DNA of 64,000 nt from Methanocaldococcus indicus (lineage in GTDB: Archaea; AGJL01; Methanococci; Methanococcales; Methanocaldococcaceae). Position 1 is the stretch's first letter, and each line of letters starts with the position of its first letter. The stretch is taken from positions 544,001 through 608,000 of the forward strand of contig NZ_CP186926.1 of the NCBI RefSeq assembly GCF_049554935.1, given 5' to 3'. The notes under the pieces were generated by a model, which was not told the origin of the DNA, ran no database searches, and saw nothing but the letters and a program-made list of their open reading frames with translations. Shown here piece by piece: positions 30,480-40,889 of the stretch. The translations under genes were made by a program, and so were the position numbers.

Positions 30480-32771
30480 TTAAGGTTTTAAAAATCTTCT
30501 ATCTTTTAACTCTTCTATTTTTGCTCTATTCCAGTTGGAGATATTTTGTAGATATCCAGTTATTCTACTAAACTTTGCTATATTGTTAGATGAACAGTTA
30601 GGACATCTATTTAATAATCCTCCTGTTCCATATCTACAATCATTACATATACTTAGATTTTTTGTATATGTCCAATATCCTATATTTGTTTTAGTTATTT
30701 TCTTTGTTAATTCATATAAAACCTCTGGGTCTGAAGCTTTTTCCATATTCCATATATGTAAGATGTGCCCTCCATTACAAATAGGATGGAACACTTCTTC
30801 AATTCTAACTTTTTCTCCAATAGATATTGGAGCATCTACTCTAACATGTGAGGAATTTGTGTAATATAAACTACTTGGCTCATCTGGATTACCTCTAACA
30901 ACTGATAGAGTTTCTTCTTTGTAGTGTTTATAGTCCAATCTTGCAAATCTTCCAGCACAACTCTCAGCAGGAGTTTGAGTTATTGTCCATCTTAATCCAG
31001 TCTCACTTTTTAATTCATCAGCATAATCTCTCATAAATGAAATAACTTTCTCACCAAACCTGACAGCTTCTTTATCTTCATGCAACTCTTTCCCAATATG
31101 GAACTTTAACATTTCATTTAATCCAACAAATCCAAAGGTTTTGGTTGTATTCTCATATCTGTAATAATCTTCTCCATCAAACTTCTGAGTTAAGAAGGGT
31201 AGCATTTTATCTTCATATAATCTTTCTAATGTTATATTGTGCTTAATTAATAAAGCCTCTTTTAATACTTCTAATCTTTCTCTTAGAATTTCAAAGAGCT
31301 TATTATCATCTCCTCTTGCTTCATAGGCAATTCTTGGGAGATTTACAGTGTACCACTGCATATTTCCAGTTCTTAGAGTATCTACTTCTGGATTTCCTGT
31401 CCAATTGTTTGATAATCTTGTTCTACAACCCATTGAATTAGTATTCTCTCCCTGCCAATCTGGGAACATATTTATAAAGTAAGGAATACCATATTTAGCA
31501 GATAATTTATGGATTTTTTCCATTAATTCTTTATTTTCATCTTTAAATGCTTTTTCTCTCAGTTTAATTATAAAGTTTGGGAAAATAAAAGGTTTTCCCA
31601 TTGCATCTCCTTCCATCATAACATCAACTAATGCCTCTAAAATAAGCTTTGCTTCTTCTTCATACTCTTCATAAGTCCCTCTTTCAGTTCCTGCTATTAT
31701 AGCAGGTTTATCTTTTAGATAGTTAGGAATCTCTAATTCTAAATTTATTGAGGAGAAAACACACTGTCCTCCTCTACTAACATACATCTGATTCATTTCA
31801 TATATAAACATCTGCATAAGTTGTTTTATTCTTTTATAATCTAAACCTTTGACATAAGGAGCCAACCAAATATTAAATTCATCTATACTTTGCCCACCAC
31901 TCATGTTTGTTTGGGCAGCCATCATAACCTTAGCTGCATGTTGTATAGCCACTTCTGGATGTTTTGCTGGTTTTGAAACACAAGTATGTTGTCCATGTCC
32001 ATCTACTTTTAATCCATACTTAAAGAAAGGTCTTAAATCATGTTGCAAACAGACAGGTCTTGAATAAGCATATTCTAAATCATGTAAATGGATATCTCCC
32101 TTTAAATGAGCATCTGCTATGTATTTTGGGAATATAGCTAATAAAGCATATTGTTTCATTACTTCATCAGCTATCCATTTGTGAATTGATTCAGGATTAT
32201 ACATTAGATTAGCGTTTTCTCTACTTCCAGATTTTATAAGTTTAGTTATATCATAAATTGGCAGTCCAACTCTTGTATATTTATGTCTTTCTTCTTCATA
32301 TCCATACTCTATAAGTTTATAATTAACAATTTCCCTAATCATTGGAGCAGTTAAATACTTAACTTTTAATTTTTTTAATTCTCTCTCAACATCATCAGCT
32401 ATCTTTTTAGCTATATCTTTTGGTATGTTAGTTTCTTTTATTAATGATTTATAGATTTTTTCCTTATTAAATGGCTCAAATTCCTTCTCAGATGTTCTAA
32501 CCTTTAAAATAATTTCATTATTGTATTTTTCAGCAAGTTCTTTATTAATCTTTTTTAAAGTATTATAAACTATATTTTTAATCTCCTCTGTTGTAATACC
32601 ATTGTAAATTTTAGATAAGACTTCACTAACAATATAATCTAAATCTTTATATTCAACTCCACAATTAACAAGAGATTTAACTAACTTATTAATATTAAAC
32701 TTCTCTTTAATGCCATTTTTTTTAATTATTATAATGTTTGCTTTACTCTCAACATCTTTTAAACTAATCAT
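30480..32771 (-). CDS. nrdD: Anaerobic (class III) ribonucleoside-triphosphate reductase, intein-free
   Basis: Two N-terminal ATP cones, GDIHLHDL, SGGQ, SMGCRT, TPAES, YTNS, CxxC/CxxC Zn site and RITGYL glycyl-radical loop. Confidence 0.96.
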   Translation of the reverse strand: MISLKDVESKANIIIIKKNGIKEKFNINKLVKSLVNCGVEYKDLDYIVSEVLSKIYNGITTEEIKNIVYNTLKKINKELAEKYNNEIILKVRTSEKEFEPFNKEKIYKSLIKETNIPKDIAKKIADDVERELKKLKVKYLTAPMIREIVNYKLIEYGYEEERHKYTRVGLPIYDITKLIKSGSRENANLMYNPESIHKWIADEVMKQYALLAIFPKYIADAHLKGDIHLHDLEYAYSRPVCLQHDLRPFFKYGLKVDGHGQHTCVSKPAKHPEVAIQHAAKVMMAAQTNMSGGQSIDEFNIWLAPYVKGLDYKRIKQLMQMFIYEMNQMYVSRGGQCVFSSINLELEIPNYLKDKPAIIAGTERGTYEEYEEEAKLILEALVDVMMEGDAMGKPFIFPNFIIKLREKAFKDENKELMEKIHKLSAKYGIPYFINMFPDWQGENTNSMGCRTRLSNNWTGNPEVDTLRTGNMQWYTVNLPRIAYEARGDDNKLFEILRERLEVLKEALLIKHNITLERLYEDKMLPFLTQKFDGEDYYRYENTTKTFGFVGLNEMLKFHIGKELHEDKEAVRFGEKVISFMRDYADELKSETGLRWTITQTPAESCAGRFARLDYKHYKEETLSVVRGNPDEPSSLYYTNSSHVRVDAPISIGEKVRIEEVFHPICNGGHILHIWNMEKASDPEVLYELTKKITKTNIGYWTYTKNLSICNDCRYGTGGLLNRCPNCSSNNIAKFSRITGYLQNISNWNRAKIEELKDRRFLKP

Positions 32772-33048
32772 TAAAATCACCAAATATTTAAATTAATATT
32801 TTATAAACCACATACATAATTTTATCATCAACCATATAAAAAGATATTCATCCCTTTTTAGAGCCAATAATTTTATATTTAAACTTATTTAGGATAAAAG
32901 AATATAAATAATAACTTTAACAAAATAAAGCATAAGAAATTATTTATTTTTATATAATGTAAAAATATTTTTATATGTTTCAATATTTGCAATTATAATA
33001 GAAAATTTTAAATAACTTTTTAATAAATTATAATTTTGTTTCTTTTGT

Positions 33049-33125
<77 letters not shown>

Positions 33126-33145
33126 TTTTATTTTTAAGGATAATT

Positions 33146-33724
33146 ATGGAGTATATGTTGGTGGCTATAATTGGTTTTATTGCTGCTTTAACTCCTGGGC
33201 CAGATATATTTTTTGTTATTAGATGTGGATTAATATATGGATTAAAAAAATCATTATTAGCTGTTTTAGGAATTTTAACTGGAAATATTGTTTATCTTTC
33301 TTTGGTGTATTTAGGTTTAGGATATATTGGAAAATTGGATATTTTTCAAATAATAGTTGGTATTTTTGGAGGAATATATTTAATGATATTGGCTTTTAAA
33401 ATTTTTAAAGAAGACATTTCAGATATTTCTCAAAAAATAGACTCAAACAATATTTATTTATCAGCTCTTATGCTAAATTTAAGTAATCCAAAAGCTATGC
33501 TTTTTTTCTCTATAATTATTACACCATTTATAAATGGAAATTTAATAAATTGTTTATTTAGTTTATTTATTGGAATTGCTTTAGCATTTTTATTAGCATC
33601 AATATTATCCTCCAAAATAAGTTTAGAAATAAATATATTGAGAATATTTAACAAATTAGCAGCAGTTATATTTTTTATTTTTTCTATAAAGTTGTTTCAA
33701 ACAGCATTATTCCATCTTTTTTAA
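33146..33724 (+). CDS. LysE/RhtB-family amino acid exporter
   Basis: TPGPD and NLSNPKAMLFF motifs; about 6 TM helices. Confidence 0.88.
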   Translation: MEYMLVAIIGFIAALTPGPDIFFVIRCGLIYGLKKSLLAVLGILTGNIVYLSLVYLGLGYIGKLDIFQIIVGIFGGIYLMILAFKIFKEDISDISQKIDSNNIYLSALMLNLSNPKAMLFFSIIITPFINGNLINCLFSLFIGIALAFLLASILSSKISLEINILRIFNKLAAVIFFIFSIKLFQTALFHLF

Positions 33725-34288
33725 TTTTTTTAAATAGTATTTGCTATAAATAACACCTGCTGGATTATGAGATAAAACTCTATCTTTAACTATAAATGTG
33801 GTTGTTGGAGCTTTTGAATATTTTTGAAAAAGAATATCATGCCCAATACATAAACCAACCAATATATTTAAGTCAGTTTTTAGATTGTTTAATATCTCTG
33901 CTTGTCCTATTGGATTGCACATAGCTTCTTTATTTTTTGGATTTATCTTATCTAAATTTAGTTTGTCTTTATCAATTCCACAAACCTTACAACAAACAGA
34001 AAAAACTTTAAAATATTGAGATAATATTTCATCCAAAATCTTTGCTTCATTTTCCAAACCTATACAAAAAGCTATACCAATTCTTTTATAATCCATTAGC
34101 TCACAAAATTCAATAATTTCCTCTAACCTTGTTTTTTTCATATAGTATTTAGCTTCAATATATGAAGATATTTTAGCAATTTTTAAATTCTCCTTTTTAT
34201 TGTATTCCTCTAAAATCTTTTTGATTATTTCTTCTTTACAATTTTTTCCAGTATAACACAACTTATCTTTACATTTAGCACATCTCAT
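33707..34288 (-). CDS. DUF1847-family Cys-rich metal-binding protein
   Basis: CAKC...C, TRLEE, GIAFCIGL, CCK, MCNPIGQA, GLCIGHD and KDRVLSHNP. Confidence 0.85.
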   Translation of the reverse strand: MRCAKCKDKLCYTGKNCKEEIIKKILEEYNKKENLKIAKISSYIEAKYYMKKTRLEEIIEFCELMDYKRIGIAFCIGLENEAKILDEILSQYFKVFSVCCKVCGIDKDKLNLDKINPKNKEAMCNPIGQAEILNNLKTDLNILVGLCIGHDILFQKYSKAPTTTFIVKDRVLSHNPAGVIYSKYYLKKLKKME

Positions 34289-34422
34289 AGATATATCTCC
34301 TCAAAATTAATTTTTATGAAAAAACATAATAAAAAATAAATTTCAGTAAATATGTGAGAAAAAATATTTAGAAAATAAAAATATACAATTTATTTAATTT
34401 AAGTATTATTAATTTAACTTAT

Positions 34423-35466
34423 TTAATGTCCTTTAAACACCTCTCCAGTATATACCTTACTAATTGTTTTTATTAAAGTTATAATCCAGAAGAAAAACAA
34501 GAGCCAATACAATGCAAATCCAATATAATCAACTATCTGAAATCCAAATATTTTATAAACTAAGTGAGTTGAAGCTACATAAGCTCCCAAGGGAAAGATG
34601 AACGCCCACCATGACATTGCATAAGGCAATTTTAGTTTTTTAACATAGTATAGGGTCATAATTATAGCCATCAAACTCCACCACAATCCAAACCCCCAGA
34701 ATATAAATGAAAATATATAAAATGGCTCTTTTATTGTTATAAATGAAGAGTTATTAACCATATTCAATAAAGCTACGATTCCAGCTCCTATCGGCCCTAA
34801 GTTAATCCATACTGTCGGAGCCATTGCTGATGGTAAAGGATGATGCAATATAAACCTATAAATTATAACAGCCAATAAAGCTAAGTATAAGAAGAATCCA
34901 GCACCCCAACCAAAATAATTAATAAGAACTGTTAATTCATGCCAGATACCACTTAGATGAGGCATTATCAAACTCCCAGCAATTGGTATAACTATTAACC
35001 CCACTGGTGGAATATACCATCCGGGATTAACATGGTCTAACTTTATGCTCTCAGACTTAAACATATAGAACGGAACTATCAAACTAAACAAAAACATACC
35101 TATAGCTCCAAGAGACCAGAATACTTCACCCCAGAACATATCATGCCCTATATTTATAAAATCTATCCCTAAAACCAAACATCCAACAGCAATAGTTGGA
35201 TAAAATGCACTTAATACAGGATGCTTTAAATCAGCTAAGGCATTTTCTTTAAACATAATCCATCTTAAAATCCATGGAACTAAGAAGATAAAGAACAACA
35301 AAATATTAAAATAAAATAATCCAACTGCTATATCCTTTAAAATTGGCAAATAACCTGAGTAGAGCAAGCTATCAATTGCTAAAATTCCAGTTCCCATCAC
35401 TACAGCAAACCATGACGGAACAAAATTTTTTATTACATCTAATTTTGATTCACATGCTTTCAACAT
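34423..35466 (-). CDS. TDT-family (tellurite-resistance/dicarboxylate, SLAC1/TehA/Ssu1-like) anion channel
   Basis: PSWFAVVMGTG, PGWYIPPV, WINLGP and WWAFIFPLG; about 10 TM helices. Confidence 0.9.
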   Translation of the reverse strand: MLKACESKLDVIKNFVPSWFAVVMGTGILAIDSLLYSGYLPILKDIAVGLFYFNILLFFIFLVPWILRWIMFKENALADLKHPVLSAFYPTIAVGCLVLGIDFINIGHDMFWGEVFWSLGAIGMFLFSLIVPFYMFKSESIKLDHVNPGWYIPPVGLIVIPIAGSLIMPHLSGIWHELTVLINYFGWGAGFFLYLALLAVIIYRFILHHPLPSAMAPTVWINLGPIGAGIVALLNMVNNSSFITIKEPFYIFSFIFWGFGLWWSLMAIIMTLYYVKKLKLPYAMSWWAFIFPLGAYVASTHLVYKIFGFQIVDYIGFALYWLLFFFWIITLIKTISKVYTGEVFKGH

Positions 35467-35757
35467 ACTCCCCCTTATAAAATTTCTATGTGTATATTGT
35501 GTAATGAATATTTATACCTTTTGATTAATTGATGCATTTTAATACTTTTGAAAAAGATTTAAATTTTTAAATTATTAGATAAAATTTCAGAAAATGATAT
35601 AATTAAACTAAAAAAATAAAAGAAGTTAAAATAGAAGATATGTTTAAAAAGGACTTCAACAAAAATAAAACTAAATCAAGGACTATTAACGGAAAAAAGG
35701 TTCATAGTAGTAAAAAACTAATAAAGAACGGGTTATCGTAATCACACTGTCAATAAA

Positions 35758-36048
35758 TTAATCTAAAACTTCACAAGTTAAAGTGTATATTATTTCATCC
35801 TTAAATAGTTCCTCTATTTTTCTTTTAATATTCTCAATTTCTTCCTTAGAAGGTTTTTCTTTGAGAGGTTTATCAAACATAAAACCACATCTATAATAAT
35901 ATCCAAACTCAGATATTAAAGCTAATTCAGGATATTCAACAGATAGTATTTTTGTATCTTCTCCTAAAATCTTTAATATCTCTTTTAAAACTTTTTCAAA
36001 ATTAAAGCCCTCTTTAACATAAAAAACTCCATCTATTGCTAATTTCAT
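35758..36048 (-). CDS. Hypothetical protein
   Basis: 96-aa ORF coupled by an ATGA overlap to the helicase gene. Confidence 0.7.
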   Translation of the reverse strand: MKLAIDGVFYVKEGFNFEKVLKEILKILGEDTKILSVEYPELALISEFGYYYRCGFMFDKPLKEKPSKEEIENIKRKIEELFKDEIIYTLTCEVLD

Positions 36049-37946
36049 CCTTTCACTCTAAATTTATTTAAAAAATTCTTTATTTCTCTTATAGATTCAT
36101 CTAAACTTAATATTTTGTAGTTATCTTTTAAATATCCTTCTTTTTTTAATGTTCTTCCAACCCATTCAGAAAATCTCTTATCTTGAATTACTACAACTCC
36201 ATAATCATTTTCAGTCCTTATCAACCTACCTATCATTTGAATCAATGTTCTTGCCATTCTGTCAAAGGATGTCATTAAAAAAGCTTTCCATTGTCCATAT
36301 TTTTCTTCTAAAATTTTTTGCTCTTTAATTATTAGTGGAGTAGGAATAGGAAATGGTAAGGAATCTATAATAACCCCAATTAATGCCTCTCCAGGAATAT
36401 CTACACCTTCAGCAAATCTTCCAGTAGCTAATAAAATTCCTCCTTCTCTTATAAATCTATCTTTTAGCTCTTTTGCTTCTTTTCCATCCATACTCTGCTC
36501 ATAAACATGTATATTCTTATTTTCTATATTTAAATTATTAATTTCTTTTTTTAAATATTTGTAAAAGTTATCTAAATCCTCAAAACTTCTGAATAATACC
36601 AATATATTTCCATTTATTGCCTCTATAATTTTTATTAGATTTTTATTTGCTTCATCTCTATTTTTTAGTTCATATTTCATATTTACTCCATCTTCCAGTC
36701 CAATAATCATTTTCCTATCTTTTGGAAATGGGCTATCTAAAACTAAAAAATCAGAATTCTCCATTCCAGTTTTAATAGCATGCATCTTTAAATTTCCAAT
36801 TGTTGCAGAGCAATGAATAACTACACTATCTCCATAAAGTTCTTTTAAAGCAGAATTTACAAATATTGGCTCACATATTAAACTCTCCTTACTTCTATAT
36901 CTTACAAAATTTATATTTGCAAATTTTAAATAATCTAAATTTTCTATAAATTCTGCTAAAACAGGGTCTAAATTTTTCTTTTCTATAAAATCTAATTCAA
37001 TATCTATAATCTCCTTACAGTCAAAATAGAAGTTTATTGGAGGAAGTTCTTCATTTTCATTTAACTCTAATATTTTATTTTTTATCTCCAAAATTTGAGT
37101 GTAGCAATTAAATATTATTCCCAGTATATAGTTTTTATTAAAATTATCTAAATCTCTTTTTAATGTATAATCCAATCCAATATTATTTAAATATCTCTCT
37201 ATCATTTCCCAAAACTTCTCATCCTCTAAATCTAACCTTCTTTTAAAAGCTGTTGGAGCATAATAATATGCCATATATTTTAATCTATTAATTACTTTAT
37301 TTGGATTTATCTCAATTGAATAGGCTCTCCTTATACTATCCTCCAACTTATGAGCTTCATCAACAATAATAACATCAAATTTTTTTAAACTCTCTAATTC
37401 CTCTTTTGCATAGAAAAATATATGGTTGTTCATAACAACAATATCAGCAAAAATACTGTTAATTTTTGAGAGTTGATAATCACAACAACAGAGAGGACAT
37501 AAATAGACAGTTTTATCTCCTAAGTTTATCTCTTTTTTTGGAGAGTTGCAAATACTACAAATCTTCTTTTTATTTGGTCTAAATTTACATTTTCTATTTA
37601 GCTGGCAGTATATTCTATTTGCTTTACTTCCCTTAGCTTTACAAAAATAGTTACCTTTTCCCATAAAAAAAGAAACTTTTAAATTATGTTTTAATGAGTT
37701 GAGCTCTTCATATATTCTTAATTGTTGGTCTATTGTCTCTGTTAATATAGCTACCCTCTTTCCTCTTTCAGCAAAATATATAGAAGGAATTAAATATCCT
37801 AATGTTTTTCCCACACCAGTAGGAGCTTCTATTATTAGATTTCTATTATTTAATATAGAAAAATAGATTTTCAACATCATTCTTTTTTGCTGTTCTCTAA
37901 TACTTGGATATGGAAACCTCTCCTCAATAAAATTTAAGAATTCCAT
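36045..37946 (-). CDS. Rad3/XPD/DinG-family ATP-dependent helicase
   Basis: Q motif REQQ, APTGVGKT, DEAH, SAT, EGVDIPG and QMIGRLIR; Cys-rich FeS region. Confidence 0.9.
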   Translation of the reverse strand: MEFLNFIEERFPYPSIREQQKRMMLKIYFSILNNRNLIIEAPTGVGKTLGYLIPSIYFAERGKRVAILTETIDQQLRIYEELNSLKHNLKVSFFMGKGNYFCKAKGSKANRIYCQLNRKCKFRPNKKKICSICNSPKKEINLGDKTVYLCPLCCCDYQLSKINSIFADIVVMNNHIFFYAKEELESLKKFDVIIVDEAHKLEDSIRRAYSIEINPNKVINRLKYMAYYYAPTAFKRRLDLEDEKFWEMIERYLNNIGLDYTLKRDLDNFNKNYILGIIFNCYTQILEIKNKILELNENEELPPINFYFDCKEIIDIELDFIEKKNLDPVLAEFIENLDYLKFANINFVRYRSKESLICEPIFVNSALKELYGDSVVIHCSATIGNLKMHAIKTGMENSDFLVLDSPFPKDRKMIIGLEDGVNMKYELKNRDEANKNLIKIIEAINGNILVLFRSFEDLDNFYKYLKKEINNLNIENKNIHVYEQSMDGKEAKELKDRFIREGGILLATGRFAEGVDIPGEALIGVIIDSLPFPIPTPLIIKEQKILEEKYGQWKAFLMTSFDRMARTLIQMIGRLIRTENDYGVVVIQDKRFSEWVGRTLKKEGYLKDNYKILSLDESIREIKNFLNKFRVKG

Positions 37947-37962
37947 AATGCATCAAAAAAAG

Positions 37963-38907
37963 TTATTTGTTGAGTTTATTGTAATATTCTATTGCTTCAT
38001 TTAATTTACCTAATCTTTCATAGATATTTGCTATTCTTAAAATAGCCTTTAAATAATTAGGGTCTAATTTCAGAATCTTTTTAAAGTATTTTAAAGCTTC
38101 TTCTAACTCATTCTTATACATTAATATTATACCTTTCTGATATAATAACTCAATATCATCATCTCTAATTTTTAAAGCTCTATCTATATATTTCTCAGCA
38201 GTTTCATAGTCTCCAATAATTGTCATAACCTCTGCTCCATATTTTAATGTCTCTAACCAATATGCTCCTAATTTATCAATAAGTGTTTTAAATGTTTCTG
38301 CACTTTCTTTGAAATGGCCTAATCTGAATAATAATAATCCCTTTAAAAACAATAAGGATTTATGATATGGATATATCTTTAGACCTCTATTAACAGTATC
38401 TAAAGCATCTTCATATTTACCCATTCTCTTTAAAATCTCAGCTTTTTTTAGATATAATGGTACAGAATTTGATGCTTTAACTAATAATTTATCAATCTCA
38501 TCTAAAACCTTCTCATATTCCCCTAAATTTTCTAAACATAGTATCTTTAGGATATACCCCGATAAGAAGTTACTACTAACCTCTAATGACTTATCATAAC
38601 ATTTAAGAGCTGAAGAACAATCTCCAGACATTGCATAACATTGTCCTAAAAACATCCAATCAATAGGATTTTTAGATTCTTTACATAACAACTCAAAGCA
38701 TTCCTTAGCTTTTTCTATTTCCCCTAATGCTTGTAGTATTAATCCTTTTAGAAATAATGCTAATTTAAAATCTTCTTCCAACTCTAAAGCTTCATTTATG
38801 TAGTATAAAGCTTCCAATAACTTACCTTCATATAGCATTCTGTAAGCCCTTAAAACATAAGTCGTAGCTTCTAATGACGATATTCTTGGGTATTTTTTCA
38901 TATCCAC
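37963..38907 (-). CDS. Tetratricopeptide repeat protein
   Basis: Repeated KG.IL..LG.YE.A...Y.KAL...P units. Confidence 0.88.
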   Translation of the reverse strand: MDMKKYPRISSLEATTYVLRAYRMLYEGKLLEALYYINEALELEEDFKLALFLKGLILQALGEIEKAKECFELLCKESKNPIDWMFLGQCYAMSGDCSSALKCYDKSLEVSSNFLSGYILKILCLENLGEYEKVLDEIDKLLVKASNSVPLYLKKAEILKRMGKYEDALDTVNRGLKIYPYHKSLLFLKGLLLFRLGHFKESAETFKTLIDKLGAYWLETLKYGAEVMTIIGDYETAEKYIDRALKIRDDDIELLYQKGIILMYKNELEEALKYFKKILKLDPNYLKAILRIANIYERLGKLNEAIEYYNKLNK

Positions 38908-38910
38908 CCA

Positions 38911-39726
38911 CTATTTAAGTTGTTTGCATAAAAATAGCTTTTTATCCATATATTTCTCTCCTTCAAGAGGATTTTTAAAATTTTTTAAAATATAAATACC
39001 AATATCTAATATTTTAACAACTTCATCAAATAAAGATAATTTTCTAAAATGTTCTCTTTTATTGATTTCTCCTAAATATTCTACTAATATTGTTTTGTTT
39101 ATTAGTCTATCCTCATAGTAATATATAAACTTATTGTAAATTTTTTGAAAGTTTTTACCAAAAATTTCATAACATTTATTTAAAACTTCAGAAAAATTGT
39201 TACTATTGAATATATACCTTCCTAATTCTTCTCTTTCTTCCCAGCTGATAAATTCTCCATTGTAGAGTTCTGTCTTACTACTTTTCTCAGAGTATAATTC
39301 TAAAAATTCTTCAAAACTATCAAAATATAACTCTTTAATATATTCTTTAACTTTTTTTATCTCATTTTTGTTAGGTTTTTCTCTAACTATTCCATTACAG
39401 TAGTGTTTAATTATCAATAAAGGAGTTCCATCCCATTTAACCATTAAACTGTATGGAAATATCTTACACATTAATGGCTTATATTCATAACCTTTTTCTA
39501 AATGAACTCTACAAAGATTATTTTTTAAGAGAGAACATCCACTTTCATTAATTTTTAGCATATATCTAAAAAAGCTATTTTCAGTCTTCTCTATATAATC
39601 TTTATAATCCTTTAATCTTAACAAATCAAAATAATTTAAATATATCCTCCAACTTTCACATGAGCAACAATAGCCACAATTATTACATATATAACTCCTA
39701 TTATTGAATGTAATTTCCCACTTCAT
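38911..39726 (-). CDS. YkgJ-family (CxxCxxCC) cysteine-cluster protein
   Basis: CNNCGYCC...CSLL...CRVH...KPLMCKIFPY. Confidence 0.85.
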   Translation of the reverse strand: MKWEITFNNRSYICNNCGYCCSCESWRIYLNYFDLLRLKDYKDYIEKTENSFFRYMLKINESGCSLLKNNLCRVHLEKGYEYKPLMCKIFPYSLMVKWDGTPLLIIKHYCNGIVREKPNKNEIKKVKEYIKELYFDSFEEFLELYSEKSSKTELYNGEFISWEEREELGRYIFNSNNFSEVLNKCYEIFGKNFQKIYNKFIYYYEDRLINKTILVEYLGEINKREHFRKLSLFDEVVKILDIGIYILKNFKNPLEGEKYMDKKLFLCKQLK

Positions 39727-40163
39727 GAATGTAATAATAACATTAAAAAATTATATACTTAACGGTATTAATAAGTAATATCTAATTTTATAAATCTATT
39801 AGTTAATTTTTATAATTGTAATACTTTACTTTACCATAATTTTTTGTGGTATTACTATTTACTACCAATTTATTTTAATATTTCAGTTATGTTAATATTC
39901 AATTTAAATAGATAATTAAATTTAGTAAGAAAAATTGTTACTTTTATCAAAATAAAAAGCTAAAAAATAATAAATAATACATTTAAATTAATTTTGTTAT
40001 TATATAAAATAGTAATAATTAACCTCAGTAAAATTTTTAATAAGTATTATTTTTTATTATCATAAAATTTAAATTATTTTATAATATCATATTAAATATA
40101 ATTAAAATTAATTATCAACTATATAAGGTTATATTATTATAATACTAAAATTTAAAGTGATAG

Positions 40164-40889
40164 ATGATGATAAAATTAATAATTGCATTTGTTTTTGTTT
40201 TAATATCAATTATTATATCCTATATTGTAGAATTAAATTTAGAGAAAAAAATTTTTATTGTTTGCATTTTAGCTTTAATACAACTGATTCTTTTAGGTTA
40301 TGTTCTATTTTATATTTTCTCTTTTGGAGTATTAGGAATAATTATTGTTGTTTCATTTATGATTTTTATGGCCTCTTACTTAGTTACAAAAGAAATAGAT
40401 AAAATAGGTAAAACAAAATTATTCCTTTCTTTACTATTAACTTTTATTGTTACAACATCTATAACAATGTTTATTTTGATTTTTGGAGTAATTGAGTTGA
40501 AACCAGAATATGTAATTCCCTTAGCTGGAATGGTTGTTGGGAATACTATGAACACTACTCAACTAACATTAGAGAACATCATTGAAATGATTAAAAATGA
40601 TAAGAATACATTACTTGGATACTTTGCCTTAGGTGCTACTGAACTTATTGCTCTAAAACCTTACATAAAAAAAGCTGTTAAATTAGCTATCATACCACAA
40701 ATGAATAGAACTAAATCAGTAGGGATAATATTTATCCCAGGAGCTATGGTAGGAATGATTTTAGCCGGAGCTAATCCCATAAAAGCTGCTGAGATACAAA
40801 TAGTTATAATGTGGATGATTTTAAGCTCTTCTATAATTTCTGGTGTTTTAATCTGTTATCTATTAAATAAAGAATTAGTTAGGATTTAA
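40164..40889 (+). CDS. FetB/UPF0014-family ABC permease
   Basis: [24 protein letters not shown] and [15 protein letters not shown]. Confidence 0.85.
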   Translation: MMIKLIIAFVFVLISIIISYIVELNLEKKIFIVCILALIQLILLGYVLFYIFSFGVLGIIIVVSFMIFMASYLVTKEIDKIGKTKLFLSLLLTFIVTTSITMFILIFGVIELKPEYVIPLAGMVVGNTMNTTQLTLENIIEMIKNDKNTLLGYFALGATELIALKPYIKKAVKLAIIPQMNRTKSVGIIFIPGAMVGMILAGANPIKAAEIQIVIMWMILSSSIISGVLICYLLNKELVRI

